Source: Thermoplasmata archaeon (GTDB lineage: Archaea > Thermoplasmatota > Thermoplasmata > Thermoplasmatales > Thermoplasmataceae). Taken from it: a stretch of 64,000 bases of DNA. The first letter of the stretch is position 1, and every line of letters starts with the position of its first letter. Below are positions 51,419 to 61,493 of this stretch, piece by piece. The notes beneath the pieces are model-generated. The model ran no database searches. It was given only the letters and a program-made list of their open reading frames with translations, and was not told the DNA's origin. Where the stretch lies: contig JAKAVO010000001.1 in the NCBI GenBank assembly GCA_021817255.1, positions 42,536 to 106,535 of the forward strand, in the 5' to 3' direction. Both the position numbers and the translations under genes were made by a program.

Positions 51419-52846
51419 TTACGGTGTCTTAGAGGCCAGTTCAGAAATGCTCTCCTTTTCGGTTCCTATGCTCTCGATTTCAACTTTGCTTTTCCTGTGA
51501 ATCGTGAGAATTACCAGTACCACTCCCACTAAGATTGCCGCAATGATTCCGTATGCACCAACATCTGTGGGGTAACTTGGAAAAGGAACAAATTCTCCAT
51601 ATATGGCAAATGCATAAACTACAGTGGATAATACAGGTCCAAGTGCAAGAGGTAGAAGACCTTTCGCCTTCATTCTCAAAGTCTTCTTTCCATAGACTGG
51701 CAACGAAAAGTTAGCAAGAATATGAACAATGTAAAGAACAACTCCATTTACTGCAGTAATGATTGCAGCACCCTCCATAGGGCCAAATATCAATCCTCCA
51801 ATCAGTGTTAACAATACAATAATAAACCATTCAGCCACTATAACTTTATGTGGAGAACCAAATCTTTTATGTACTACTGCCATCCATTTTGGAAAAACTA
51901 CTCCATCCCTGGCTAGCGCAAAACCTTCCCTGCTGAACGCGTTTCCTTCTGCTATGCCATTCGAAATGAAACTGTTCAGCGTGATTATTATGAAGACCGT
52001 CATAACAATAGGCCCAAAATAGTTGTTTACGACTGTAAATCCCGGGTTGGTTGCGGCTGAAAAAGAAGACATTTTAGTTATCCCCCAGCCTATAACCATT
52101 GAGTAGGATACAAGAATGTAAACCACTGCGGTTATTCCCATAGCAATGAAAATAGCTTTCCTTATGTTCTTTCTTGGATTCCTCAATTCTTCAGAAAGTG
52201 TAATGACTGAACCCACACCTACAAACCCCAGAATAGAAAAAAGGGTAGCAAATCCAAGGTTTCCAAATGAGTTTCCATTAGGAGTGAAGGGTATTAATGA
52301 GTTTGCAGGGCCTGCTTTAATTATTATGGCAATTGATATGCCAATCAGGAAACTTATTTCTATTAATGCACCAATAATTGTGTATGCTAAAGATGGTTTT
52401 AAACCCCTATATAGAAGAAGAAGTATAATCGAAAGGGGAATAAAAGCAAGTGGAATCCAACCGATTGGATTAGAGGACAGAGAAGGAATCATTGGCCAAA
52501 GAACACCTGCAAAAAATAGGACAGCAAAACCACTCAACGCTCCAAGCACGTTTATAAAATAAAGCCATCCCGAAAAAACTCCAAATTTTGGTCCTAATCC
52601 TGCCCTTACGTATGCATAGTACCCACCGGCGTGAGCTATTTTACCTGAGAAAACATAGTTCATGTACATGGCCGAAGAAACACCAATTATTGCAAGAAAG
52701 AATACAAAAGTAGTTGATGCCCCTACATAACCGGTCTCAACAACCAAAAATGAAGCTGCAACTGCAGCTGGAGCAATGAAAGCTATGGATTGAAAAACCC
52801 CTGCCCATAAACCACCTACATTCTTATGGAGAGATGAGGGCTCCAT
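51419..52846 (-). CDS. APC family amino acid/polyamine permease
   Basis: IAPAA, AGGYYAY, SEELRNP and R..FALARDG motifs; 12 TM helices. Confidence 0.9.
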   Translation of the reverse strand: MEPSSLHKNVGGLWAGVFQSIAFIAPAAVAASFLVVETGYVGASTTFVFFLAIIGVSSAMYMNYVFSGKIAHAGGYYAYVRAGLGPKFGVFSGWLYFINVLGALSGFAVLFFAGVLWPMIPSLSSNPIGWIPLAFIPLSIILLLLYRGLKPSLAYTIIGALIEISFLIGISIAIIIKAGPANSLIPFTPNGNSFGNLGFATLFSILGFVGVGSVITLSEELRNPRKNIRKAIFIAMGITAVVYILVSYSMVIGWGITKMSSFSAATNPGFTVVNNYFGPIVMTVFIIITLNSFISNGIAEGNAFSREGFALARDGVVFPKWMAVVHKRFGSPHKVIVAEWFIIVLLTLIGGLIFGPMEGAAIITAVNGVVLYIVHILANFSLPVYGKKTLRMKAKGLLPLALGPVLSTVVYAFAIYGEFVPFPSYPTDVGAYGIIAAILVGVVLVILTIHRKSKVEIESIGTEKESISELASKTP

Positions 52847-54165
52847 TACTTCACCTCCCCTTTAACTACTTCACTGAATATACGCATGCCCTGCTCGTTG
52901 AGTTCTTCAGGTATGTTCAAGGCTCCCATATATCTGAACACATTGCCAAAATGGCCACAGGTATGCATGATAAGCCCTGAACGAAGCATTTTCAACTTCA
53001 ATTTCATCATTTTTTCCTGAGACATTGGTTTATGGTCCTTACCCATCTCCACTCCAATCATAAACCCCTTTCCTCTGACTTCCAGAATATTTTCTGAATT
53101 TATGCTTTCAAATTGTTTTTTCATTATCTCGCCATCCCGTTTCACTCTTTCAAGCAATGAAGGGATTTTGTTAATTACATATGCCCCTGCAGCCATGGCA
53201 AGAGGATTGGCCCTGTAAGTTCCCATGTGGAAAGGTTTTGGCAATTTCTCGTCGTAATCGTCTCTGTAATAAATTGCAGATAGTGGAATCCCTCCTCCGA
53301 CAGACTTACTTATGCAGACAATATCAGGTGTTATATTTTCATGTTCGAATGCCCACATCTTACCAGTTCTTCCCATGCCTGACTGAACTTCATCAACAAT
53401 CATAGACAGTTCAAATTCATCGCAGAACTCCCTTAAAGCTTTTAGGAAACCTTTTGGAGGTACGATATACCCTCCTTCACCCTGTATTGGCTCAACCAAT
53501 AGGGAGTCTGGTCTATTGTATCCTGACTCGTGATCCAACAATATTTTTCTTAGTTCTGAGATTATGTCAGAAACATCAGTATCATACCATAAAGAATATG
53601 GAAACGGCACTCGTATCATTTCAAAACCAGGGCTATACACCGTTCTCCTGTATTTGCTTCCGGCTGTTGCCGAAATAATACCGCCAGAAACTCCGTGGTA
53701 AGCTCCCTCAAATGCTATTGTTGTACTTCTGGGATTTCCTACAGCATGAGATATGTTTACCGCCGTTTCAACCGCGTCAGAACCACTAATGCCAAACATC
53801 GTTCTATAATCCTTCATATCTGAAGGGAAGGAATTGGACAGGCTTTTAAGAAAATTTATTCTTGCTTCAGTAGGTATCTCCAAAGCATGCCATGTTTTAG
53901 CCAGTTGTTTTTCTATTGCATTCCTGATCTCCTGATCAAATCCTATATTAAGTACACTTATTCCCGCCATCCAATCTATGAATTTGTTGCCATCAACGTC
54001 TGTAATTATCGATCCCTGTGAACTATCTATCGCAATGGGCAATGTATCAGTGTAAAAAATAGTCCTTGTTTCATATTTATTTTGCAATTCCAGAAGATAT
54101 TTGCTTTTTGAACCCGGTATATTACCATTCGAATGTGGGATTACAATAGCTTTATTTTTTTTCAT
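52846..54165 (-). CDS. Class III aminotransferase (4-aminobutyrate/diaminobutyrate aminotransferase-like)
   Basis: SGSDAVE, AYHG, EPIQGEGG, DEVQSGMGRTG, SKSVGGG and HMGTYRAN motifs. Confidence 0.9.
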   Translation of the reverse strand: MKKNKAIVIPHSNGNIPGSKSKYLLELQNKYETRTIFYTDTLPIAIDSSQGSIITDVDGNKFIDWMAGISVLNIGFDQEIRNAIEKQLAKTWHALEIPTEARINFLKSLSNSFPSDMKDYRTMFGISGSDAVETAVNISHAVGNPRSTTIAFEGAYHGVSGGIISATAGSKYRRTVYSPGFEMIRVPFPYSLWYDTDVSDIISELRKILLDHESGYNRPDSLLVEPIQGEGGYIVPPKGFLKALREFCDEFELSMIVDEVQSGMGRTGKMWAFEHENITPDIVCISKSVGGGIPLSAIYYRDDYDEKLPKPFHMGTYRANPLAMAAGAYVINKIPSLLERVKRDGEIMKKQFESINSENILEVRGKGFMIGVEMGKDHKPMSQEKMMKLKLKMLRSGLIMHTCGHFGNVFRYMGALNIPEELNEQGMRIFSEVVKGEVK

Positions 54166-54306
54166 GGTTATCTAAACAGACTATACTGAAATATTTATAT
54201 TATTCTTACTCTTTTTGCCTGAAATGTTATTAAAATGCAATTTTATTGCAAAATAAATTTGATCATGGAAATAATGATTAAATATTTAGATAAAATATAT
54301 GTAGTA

Positions 54307-54786
54307 ATGCAAATTCATAACATTACCAATGTTGATTTGAAGATATTGTCCGTGCTTGCTCAAAACTCCGAACTTTCACTTAGAGAACTCTGTTTGAAAA
54401 CAGGCATTCTCTCACCTTCCGCCATCAGTAGAAGAATTCAGAAAATGAAGGATAACGGGATAATTAAGGGAAAAACCTTGGAGGTGGACTTACCCGCCCT
54501 TGGCTACAAATTTATAACAGCGACGTTTGTGAAAGCAAAGTATGGGCCAGGTTATTCGGATATGGTCGCCAGCAAGATAGCAAAGATAAAGGGGGTCACT
54601 TCAATATTATTTCTTTTAGGGGATATAGATTTTGTATTAACAACAGTGTGCAGGTCTAAAGAAGAATATAGCAGGATACTTGATGAGCTTACCAAAATAC
54701 AGGAAATAGAGAGAACAGACAGCAGAACCGTGTTGAAGTCTTATATGGAGAATAATCTTAGTTTTCTTGAACTCTCAACTCAATAA
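54307..54786 (+). CDS. Lrp/AsnC family transcriptional regulator
   Basis: DLKILSVL, HTH S..AISRRIQKM...GIIKG and GDIDF motifs; divergent from the aminotransferase. Confidence 0.88.
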   Translation: MQIHNITNVDLKILSVLAQNSELSLRELCLKTGILSPSAISRRIQKMKDNGIIKGKTLEVDLPALGYKFITATFVKAKYGPGYSDMVASKIAKIKGVTSILFLLGDIDFVLTTVCRSKEEYSRILDELTKIQEIERTDSRTVLKSYMENNLSFLELSTQ

Positions 54787-54789
54787 AGT

Positions 54790-55020
54790 GATATCCTAAA
54801 ATAAATATCCCTATATTCTTCATAACTTTTGAGACATCAAAGGTGAATCCCGATGCCTCGAATGCAATCCCTGTTTCCTTAGGTACCTTTTCCATGAAAA
54901 TCATGTACACTTTTCAGGTGTCATGGAGATCTGAACTGTTCCCTGGTGTCTCCACCAGGCGCCATATGAATTGCAAAGCTCTCCCTCTTTCCTGAATCTA
55001 TTTTAACCACGAAACCGTTA
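54790..55020 (-). mobile_element. IS110-family transposase N-terminal remnant (frameshifted)
   Basis: Manual translation across frameshifts: FVVKIDSGKRESFAIHMAPGGDTREQFR / FMEKVPKETGIAFEASGF; resembles the IS110 DEDD N-terminus (GID.. and ..EA.G). Confidence 0.65.
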
Positions 55021-55313
55021 TGCTAACTATACGCTTTTTCTATCTTTTATTTTATCCATCCAGTAGGCTCTATGACTGACAATGAACCGCCAATGAAGAT
55101 CGATTGAAGAATTTACTATTTCAAACACGAATCATTCAGTTCGATTCTGAAAAGAGGGTTCATAATAAGACTCGAGTCTGATAGTTTCGAAGATAAGCAC
55201 AGCGAAAGGAAAAAGGAATGTACTGAAAACCTTCAGGAGCTTGAATTCCAATAAGGCAATATAGCCTGATGCCCGTGATCTTGCTATCATCCCTATTGCG
55301 GAAATTGAGAACC

Positions 55314-55958
55314 TTATTTTTTTAACTTTTCTGCTTCTATAAGCTCACACCCAATAGCATAAGCCTCCTTTGTTTTTTCCTCTTTTATAGATTCCCAGAA
55401 ACGATCTGTGTGGAACAGCTTCTGAAAATACTCCACCTTTTCATGATAGGAAAATGGGCGGACCTGCTTCCTGAGTTCTTCTATTACTGGAAGGGCAATT
55501 GCATATGGTTTAGCCATATTGCCCAAGGCATCCCGCAAAAATTTTGAAAATGCAGGCGACTTCCCGGACGTGGAGACAGAAATAGTTACCCCGGAATCTT
55601 CGTATATCGCCGGAAAAACAATTGGGCTATTTATTTCATCAACCTCATTATACAAGATACCCGCCTCTACGCATATTTCCTTCAGTTTTTGCCTTAACCC
55701 GGAATCATCGGCTGCAATAATAACAATGGAGCTCTTATTGATCAAAGGTTTGATATCCTCTTCATTCATTATATCAGGCTTTATCTTTCTAATATCCAGT
55801 TTTGAGAATTCAGGAATAAAATACGTTGAAACAACAGTTATTTTTTCACAGTTGCCAACCAATAGTTTTGCTTTCCTGAATGCCTCTTTGCCTCCACCAA
55901 ATACAACTACTTCTCTTCCTGATGTGTTAAGCATTACGGGGATGAATTTTGCTTTCAA
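55314..55958 (-). CDS. sirC: Precorrin-2 dehydrogenase/sirohydrochlorin ferrochelatase (SirC/Met8, CysG N-terminal type)
   Basis: VFGGGKEAFRK, N.VD, FPA and ISVSTSGKSP motifs. Confidence 0.88.
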   Translation of the reverse strand: MKAKFIPVMLNTSGREVVVFGGGKEAFRKAKLLVGNCEKITVVSTYFIPEFSKLDIRKIKPDIMNEEDIKPLINKSSIVIIAADDSGLRQKLKEICVEAGILYNEVDEINSPIVFPAIYEDSGVTISVSTSGKSPAFSKFLRDALGNMAKPYAIALPVIEELRKQVRPFSYHEKVEYFQKLFHTDRFWESIKEEKTKEAYAIGCELIEAEKLKK

Positions 55959-56009
55959 TTTTACTTCCTCCTTTATCTTGATTTCTCGCGTCCGGCGATT
56001 TCGTTGAAA

Positions 56010-56822
56010 TTAGCCCTCTTTCCTGTTGTTGCCTGAAAACATCAGTTGCAAGCTGTCAGCAGAAATATCCTGCCTGCCTTTGGGTGATAAATGATTAATT
56101 CCTTTTGTGTTGAGTGAGGCTACATTTATAATTACAGTAGATAATTCCCCGTATTCACCTGGTTCAGAGTTAATAGCATTTTCTAACGTTGTCTTAATAA
56201 TTTTTTCATCTTTTCGGGAACCATTGGACACAATCACCAGAGGTGTACGCTTGTCCAGGCCAGTGTCACGCAATCTTTTGCAATAATCAGCCATATTTGA
56301 TGAACCCATGAGCACAATGATAGTATCTGCAGCTTTGGAGAGGGTTTCCCATCTCACGCTTGAAAAGTCTTTCTCCTTCGATTCATGGCCAGTTACAACG
56401 GCAAACGAGGATGAGAAGCGTCTGTCAGTAATCACAGTTTTGGAAGCCGCGGCAGAATAAATAGCTGAAGAAATCCCTGGAATTATGCTATATTCTATCC
56501 CCTCATTATCCAAAAACTGGATCTCCTCTCCTATCCTGCTAAATATAAGGGGATCGCCACTCTTGAGCCTCACCACATTTTTCCCGGCTTTTGCATATTT
56601 AACAAGCAGGGAGCCAATTTCATTTATATTCATTCCTTTCTGCCTTGGTGTTTCTCTGATAGGCACGATTTCCGTCCCTTCAGGCATCATGGAAAGAAGT
56701 TCCTGTGAAACCAGGGAATCATGTATAACCACATCACATGACTTCAATATCTTCATAGCTTTTATTGTGAGAAGTTCAGGATCACCCGGCCCTGCACCCA
56801 CAAAATATACCTTGCCATACAT
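56010..56822 (-). CDS. cobA: Uroporphyrinogen-III C-methyltransferase (SUMT)
   Basis: VYFVGAGPGDPELLT, VVRLKSGDP, IPGISS and VTGH motifs; start set at ATG 56822. Confidence 0.92.
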   Translation of the reverse strand: MYGKVYFVGAGPGDPELLTIKAMKILKSCDVVIHDSLVSQELLSMMPEGTEIVPIRETPRQKGMNINEIGSLLVKYAKAGKNVVRLKSGDPLIFSRIGEEIQFLDNEGIEYSIIPGISSAIYSAAASKTVITDRRFSSSFAVVTGHESKEKDFSSVRWETLSKAADTIIVLMGSSNMADYCKRLRDTGLDKRTPLVIVSNGSRKDEKIIKTTLENAINSEPGEYGELSTVIINVASLNTKGINHLSPKGRQDISADSLQLMFSGNNRKEG

Positions 56823-57000
56823 AATATTTAAATAACTATACGATCTCGTGTAATTAAAGTTTCTGGCACTTAAAATGTGTTTCCTAACAGGGTAGGAGTT
56901 CAGCAGAGTGAGGTTTTTGCGGATAAGGCTTGAACGAAAGGTTTCCATTTCTTCACATCTTCTCAGGGAGCAGGTATTTTTTTTCAAAGTCTTTTAGCCC

Positions 57001-58389
57001 CTAAGGGATAATTGCATTATAGACAAGATCCATCAAACCAGATGAAGATACTTTATGGTCGTATTTCTTGTTCAGCCTTGGAAGCGTATGGGAAAGCTGG
57101 GCCTTGCAAATAGCACAGGGCCGTATCACATAATCTCCTCCAATGGAAAGGGTATCCTCGTACCATAATTTTGCGTATTCCGTCCTCAGTGGGAGAAATT
57201 CATCGCTAAGAAGGCCTCCTCCACCTCCGCAGCACCATGTCCTCTCCCTCGAATGTGGTGAATCCTGATACTTGCTGACAACATTTGAAAGTATGAATCT
57301 TGGTTCATCAATCATGTCTCCTCCTCTTGCGTAGTTGCATGGATCCTGATAAACATATGATGGGCCATCATTCTTCTTCGGTTCGAATTTTATTTTTCCA
57401 TCCTTGATTGCGTCCTGGACCAGATTGAATACGTGCATGCCAGTAATCCCTCTCTTTGAAAGTTCGGGAATGACATAGTTCTTGAATGCCCTCCAGCCGT
57501 GTCCGCACTCACCCACGACAACAATTTTGGCACCAAGCTTCGTGGCCACTTCTACCATATGGTTCCCTATAGCCCTCAGGTGTTTTTCGTCTGTGAACAG
57601 TCCAAAATTTGCAAGTTCCGCATGTTCGGTCGCAAATGTATAATCAAGGCCAATTGAATGAAGAAATAACATATAGCCCTTTAGAGTCTCCATGTTGCTA
57701 AAGAAATCCGCGGAAGGAGGAACGAACATGGCGTATGCAGGCTCATCAATCTTTGGAGTCACATCCACTCCTTTCTCTTCCTTTATTTCGTCCTGTGCGA
57801 ATTCAATAGTGGATCTTAATGCAGGAGGAGGCAGTGCCATATTGTTTCCGGTTCTTTCTGCATTGTCTATTATGATGGCGGTATACCTCGATATCTTGCC
57901 TGTATCATACAGCGCAGATCTGATAGTTCTTGTAACGTCAGCCTGATCAATGCCAAACGGGCAAATTTCACCACATCTTCTGCATTCAAGGCATTGGTAA
58001 TAATAAGTTGAAATGTCCCTGAAGGACTGGTCATTCAGCTCTATTGCGCCAACAGCCTTGCCGAGCAACTTTCCCGAAAGGTTGCGTGATTTCAGGAGTC
58101 CCCTGATAAGATCAGCCCTCCCCACTGGGGAGTTATGTATATCCTCGGTGGACAAATAAGTAGGGCAGGCATTAAGGCACGCCCCGCAGTGCACGCATAA
58201 ATCGATTGCTAGCTTTACATTTCTGTTGTTTTTGACTCCATCCATCATGCACTTAAAAAACAATTCCTTCGGGTCTGAAGTTTTTTCGTTATTCACCCTT
58301 GAATGAAGCGTACTTACAAGCTCCTCCTTGGCCCATAGCGGCTCAAAATTAGAGGTATCCTCTTTCTTGAATTCAATCTCCTGTGGCAC
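57001..58389 (-). CDS. dsrK: DsrK-like (HdrD/CCG-domain) Fe-S protein
   Basis: CVHCGACLNACP, CLECRRCGEICP, GECGHG, QDPCN, CCGGGGG and PCAICK motifs; GGAGGTGA RBS before GTG 58389. Confidence 0.85.
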   Translation of the reverse strand: MPQEIEFKKEDTSNFEPLWAKEELVSTLHSRVNNEKTSDPKELFFKCMMDGVKNNRNVKLAIDLCVHCGACLNACPTYLSTEDIHNSPVGRADLIRGLLKSRNLSGKLLGKAVGAIELNDQSFRDISTYYYQCLECRRCGEICPFGIDQADVTRTIRSALYDTGKISRYTAIIIDNAERTGNNMALPPPALRSTIEFAQDEIKEEKGVDVTPKIDEPAYAMFVPPSADFFSNMETLKGYMLFLHSIGLDYTFATEHAELANFGLFTDEKHLRAIGNHMVEVATKLGAKIVVVGECGHGWRAFKNYVIPELSKRGITGMHVFNLVQDAIKDGKIKFEPKKNDGPSYVYQDPCNYARGGDMIDEPRFILSNVVSKYQDSPHSRERTWCCGGGGGLLSDEFLPLRTEYAKLWYEDTLSIGGDYVIRPCAICKAQLSHTLPRLNKKYDHKVSSSGLMDLVYNAIIP

Positions 58390-59182
58390 TGTTTTCACCT
58401 CCCTCGGTTGCCCCCGAAACATTCATTTCAGGCTGTTTAACATTCTTTATTTTATAGCTCTTTTTTGTAATCGTTGGCTGGAACAGGTAAGAAACAATAT
58501 GGACAATCTTTCCATATGGAATATAGGCGATAAAGATCAGGCCAATGGTAATGTGCACCGCCGTTACTGGACTTATGTTGGCCATTGTTGCTATCTCTGG
58601 CCTGAATTCAATAAGCGAAACGAGCCAGGGTGAGACTGTAAACATGAAAAGTGGTTTTATATAAAGTGTCTGCACAAGCCCCAAAATAATCAATGCAAGA
58701 AGCATTGATATGGCAAAATAATCGTCAAAATAGCTTATGCGCCTCATCCGTTTTACATGCAACCTTCGCGTGGCAAGGATCAAAATTCCGGCAAATGCGC
58801 TTATGCCGGCAGTTCCGCCCATATAAAGTGCAATCATTTCGTGGAATTGAAGAGAAACGGGTAATGGCAGGATCATGGCCAAGTGCCCCAAAAGTGAAAA
58901 CCAGATCCCATAATGGAACAAAACTGATCCAATGATCAGTGTCCTGTCTTTTTCCATTTTTGGCAGTGTGTAGAATAAAAATACCCTCTTAAATATGTCT
59001 TTCAACACGGCAAAAATATGGAAAGTGTTTGGGACGATAGCAACAGTCTTAAGGCCGGTAAGCCCCCTCGGAGAAATCCAGCTGGCCAATCTGTAAACGG
59101 CCCCGATCAAGAAGATTGCAAATGCTGCATAAGGAATAAAAATAAATAATATGGCTGTGAGCAGATAGTCCAAAGAATTCAC
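58373..59182 (-). CDS. dsrM: DsrM-like membrane b-type cytochrome (NarI family)
   Basis: FHYG...GH, RR....R..S...D, HI and PYGKIVH heme-ligand pattern; lies between dsrB and dsrK. Confidence 0.85.
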   Translation of the reverse strand: MNSLDYLLTAILFIFIPYAAFAIFLIGAVYRLASWISPRGLTGLKTVAIVPNTFHIFAVLKDIFKRVFLFYTLPKMEKDRTLIIGSVLFHYGIWFSLLGHLAMILPLPVSLQFHEMIALYMGGTAGISAFAGILILATRRLHVKRMRRISYFDDYFAISMLLALIILGLVQTLYIKPLFMFTVSPWLVSLIEFRPEIATMANISPVTAVHITIGLIFIAYIPYGKIVHIVSYLFQPTITKKSYKIKNVKQPEMNVSGATEGGENSATGD

Positions 59183-60309
59183 CTTTGGGCAAATTGCCTG
59201 ATGCCAAATTGCGATTCGCTGAAATCAGAGTTATTCCATTTTGTCACGGGTATTTCAAGTGTCTCCTGAAGTGACTTCAATCCAATCCGCCTCACATAAT
59301 CTGCAAATCTTTCTCCAGCGGCTCCATCTTTTTTCCACATGTCTATGATTTTTCGCAAAACCGAGACCAACTCGCCATAGTTTGGTGGATTGGCGGGTAT
59401 CCAGGGGATGAGCACCCTGGCAAGGTTTGGGCCCATACCGGTGTTGCTGCTCTTGCCTCCTACCAGGATAGAAATGCCAGTCTTCTTCGAATCGAATGTA
59501 ATGTAATCACAGACATCCTTGCACCTGCCGCACGCTATGCATTTCCCCCTGTCTATATTTATCCCTACAGAACCATCCTCTTTTCCAAATGCAGTTATGC
59601 ATTTTACGGGGCATACCATGACTACTTCAGGGACAGCCACCTTCAATGCTTCCGCTTTTCTCGGAAGGCACAAACCTATCTTCTGCGGGTCGAAAGAGGG
59701 TGCATCGCCATAGTGCCCCACAACCACAATGTCTGATGTCAGTCCACCACACGCAGTGGGGCATCCTGAAACATTGATCCTTAACTTGGCGGGAAGGCTT
59801 TCCTCGTCTTCGAAATACTTTCCGAAATTATCATACAGAACTTTGGTAATGGATGGGGAATCAACAACAGCTGTGGTGCAGGAAAGATATGCAGTGCAGG
59901 AAGAAATAGACCACAACGAATTTCTCCATCCGCCAGTACGATATCCCATCTTTTCCACCTCGCTCTTGATCATCATGGAATTTTCCAGGTTGTCTGCTAT
60001 AAATTCAATGTTTCCAGAACGGGTGAATCTCAATGCTTTTATGCCATATTTATCTTCAATGCCTGCGAACTTTCTCAGGGTATCAGAGCTGAATCTCGCG
60101 TTTGGAGTTCCACCCACTTTTATTGTAAAAACATGTTCACCGCTCTCTGAAATATGCTCTATTATCCCATTGCTGTGGAATTTTCTGTCAACCCATCTGC
60201 CGAGGTTCCTTTTTATCTCGTCAGGAAGGGAATCGGTGTATGGGACAGGCAATCTTTTTTTCATTCTTTCAGCTAAATTTGTGGACATTTTATCATTCTC
60301 CATATTCAT
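59179..60309 (-). CDS. dsrB: Dissimilatory sulfite reductase beta subunit
   Basis: GIIEHISESG, RFTRSGNIEF, CTAYLSC (CX5C), LPAKLRI.VSGCPTAC (CX3C), CPV..CIACGRC and GERFAD motifs. Confidence 0.92.
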   Translation of the reverse strand: MNMENDKMSTNLAERMKKRLPVPYTDSLPDEIKRNLGRWVDRKFHSNGIIEHISESGEHVFTIKVGGTPNARFSSDTLRKFAGIEDKYGIKALRFTRSGNIEFIADNLENSMMIKSEVEKMGYRTGGWRNSLWSISSCTAYLSCTTAVVDSPSITKVLYDNFGKYFEDEESLPAKLRINVSGCPTACGGLTSDIVVVGHYGDAPSFDPQKIGLCLPRKAEALKVAVPEVVMVCPVKCITAFGKEDGSVGINIDRGKCIACGRCKDVCDYITFDSKKTGISILVGGKSSNTGMGPNLARVLIPWIPANPPNYGELVSVLRKIIDMWKKDGAAGERFADYVRRIGLKSLQETLEIPVTKWNNSDFSESQFGIRQFAQR

Positions 60310-61474
60310 TCATTATTTTTTTTGCCCAAACAGAATAGCGTTCTCTCTCTGCGTCTGTAAGCACTGCACTGTTGATGATTCGCTTCTGTCCGGAGGGGGT
60401 CCCCTCTGGCTCAACAGGCAGTGTGTCCTTTACACTGTCTATTGTTTTGGAAAATCCTAATTTGACAAGCGTGTCACCAATCCTGTCTTTATGGGGAGCA
60501 TCCTCTTCCCAGATATTTATGATTTTCATTATGAAATCTTCAGCATCTTTATAGTCATCCAGTATTGTCACCGGTTTTGCCATCTTTGGGCCAAATCTTC
60601 CCTTTATGTTTCCGCCAGCAAGAAGCGCTATCTTCTTCTCTTTCCCTGGTTTTATGGCAGGAAACGCATATCTTATGCAGTTCATGGATTTCTGGCACTT
60701 TTCCGGGTCGATCCTGATGCCATCGGAATTGCCATCCTGTGTTATGGCACCTGACGGGCAACCCTGAACTAAATTTTGTATCTTTATGCCCTCTTTCCTG
60801 ATCTTGCTTTTGAGAAGGTTTTCATCCACATCGGGTGCTCCCTTCCACATCCCTATAAATCCAAAATCTGCCCTGTGTGCCGCTCTTGAACAATCCATAG
60901 GGCACCCACTGAACTTGAGTTTTACCTTGAATGGAAACATCTGGTTTGAAAGATTGTTATATATGGGTTCGTAAGTCATATAGTGGTCTCTTGCAGCGAG
61001 GGTATCATATTGGGCATATTCACACAGAGCCGGGCCTACACAGGAGGCAAAATCCCTGAAAGTGTCGCCAGTGTCCCCAACATCAGTTCCCAGGCTTCTT
61101 AAAACATCAATAGCTTCATCGGCCTTTTCCGGATCCATCGATATAATCAGGCCTCCAGTCTGCCCCATCACCTCTAAAAGCCCCAGCCCATAATCATCAG
61201 AAAAATCCAGGATTTTCCTTAAAGCATCAGTTTTATAAATCTGCCCCGAAGGCTGGTAAATCCTGAAATGAAGTTCGGAGTGCTTTCCATCCTTTGTCCT
61301 CCTTGCGATAAACCCAACATAAACATATCTTATCTTTGCGGAACCCCCAAACCACTGGGTCTCTTTTGCATCCAACCCTTTTGTATATGCTTCTATAGGG
61401 TACCGTGTCTTCCTTATTTCAGTGATATGGCTTGGCCATTCCCCATTTTCCTGATAATCAAGCGTTCCTGGCAT
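60293..61474 (-). CDS. dsrA: Dissimilatory sulfite reductase alpha subunit
   Basis: G.WPSH, QPSG, CVGPALC (CX5C), FPFKVKLKFSGCPMDC (CX3C), RADFGFIG.W and RIGD motifs. Confidence 0.93.
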   Translation of the reverse strand: MPGTLDYQENGEWPSHITEIRKTRYPIEAYTKGLDAKETQWFGGSAKIRYVYVGFIARRTKDGKHSELHFRIYQPSGQIYKTDALRKILDFSDDYGLGLLEVMGQTGGLIISMDPEKADEAIDVLRSLGTDVGDTGDTFRDFASCVGPALCEYAQYDTLAARDHYMTYEPIYNNLSNQMFPFKVKLKFSGCPMDCSRAAHRADFGFIGMWKGAPDVDENLLKSKIRKEGIKIQNLVQGCPSGAITQDGNSDGIRIDPEKCQKSMNCIRYAFPAIKPGKEKKIALLAGGNIKGRFGPKMAKPVTILDDYKDAEDFIMKIINIWEEDAPHKDRIGDTLVKLGFSKTIDSVKDTLPVEPEGTPSGQKRIINSAVLTDAERERYSVWAKKIMNEYGE

Positions 61475-61493
61475 AAAGATGCGCTCTCCGGCC

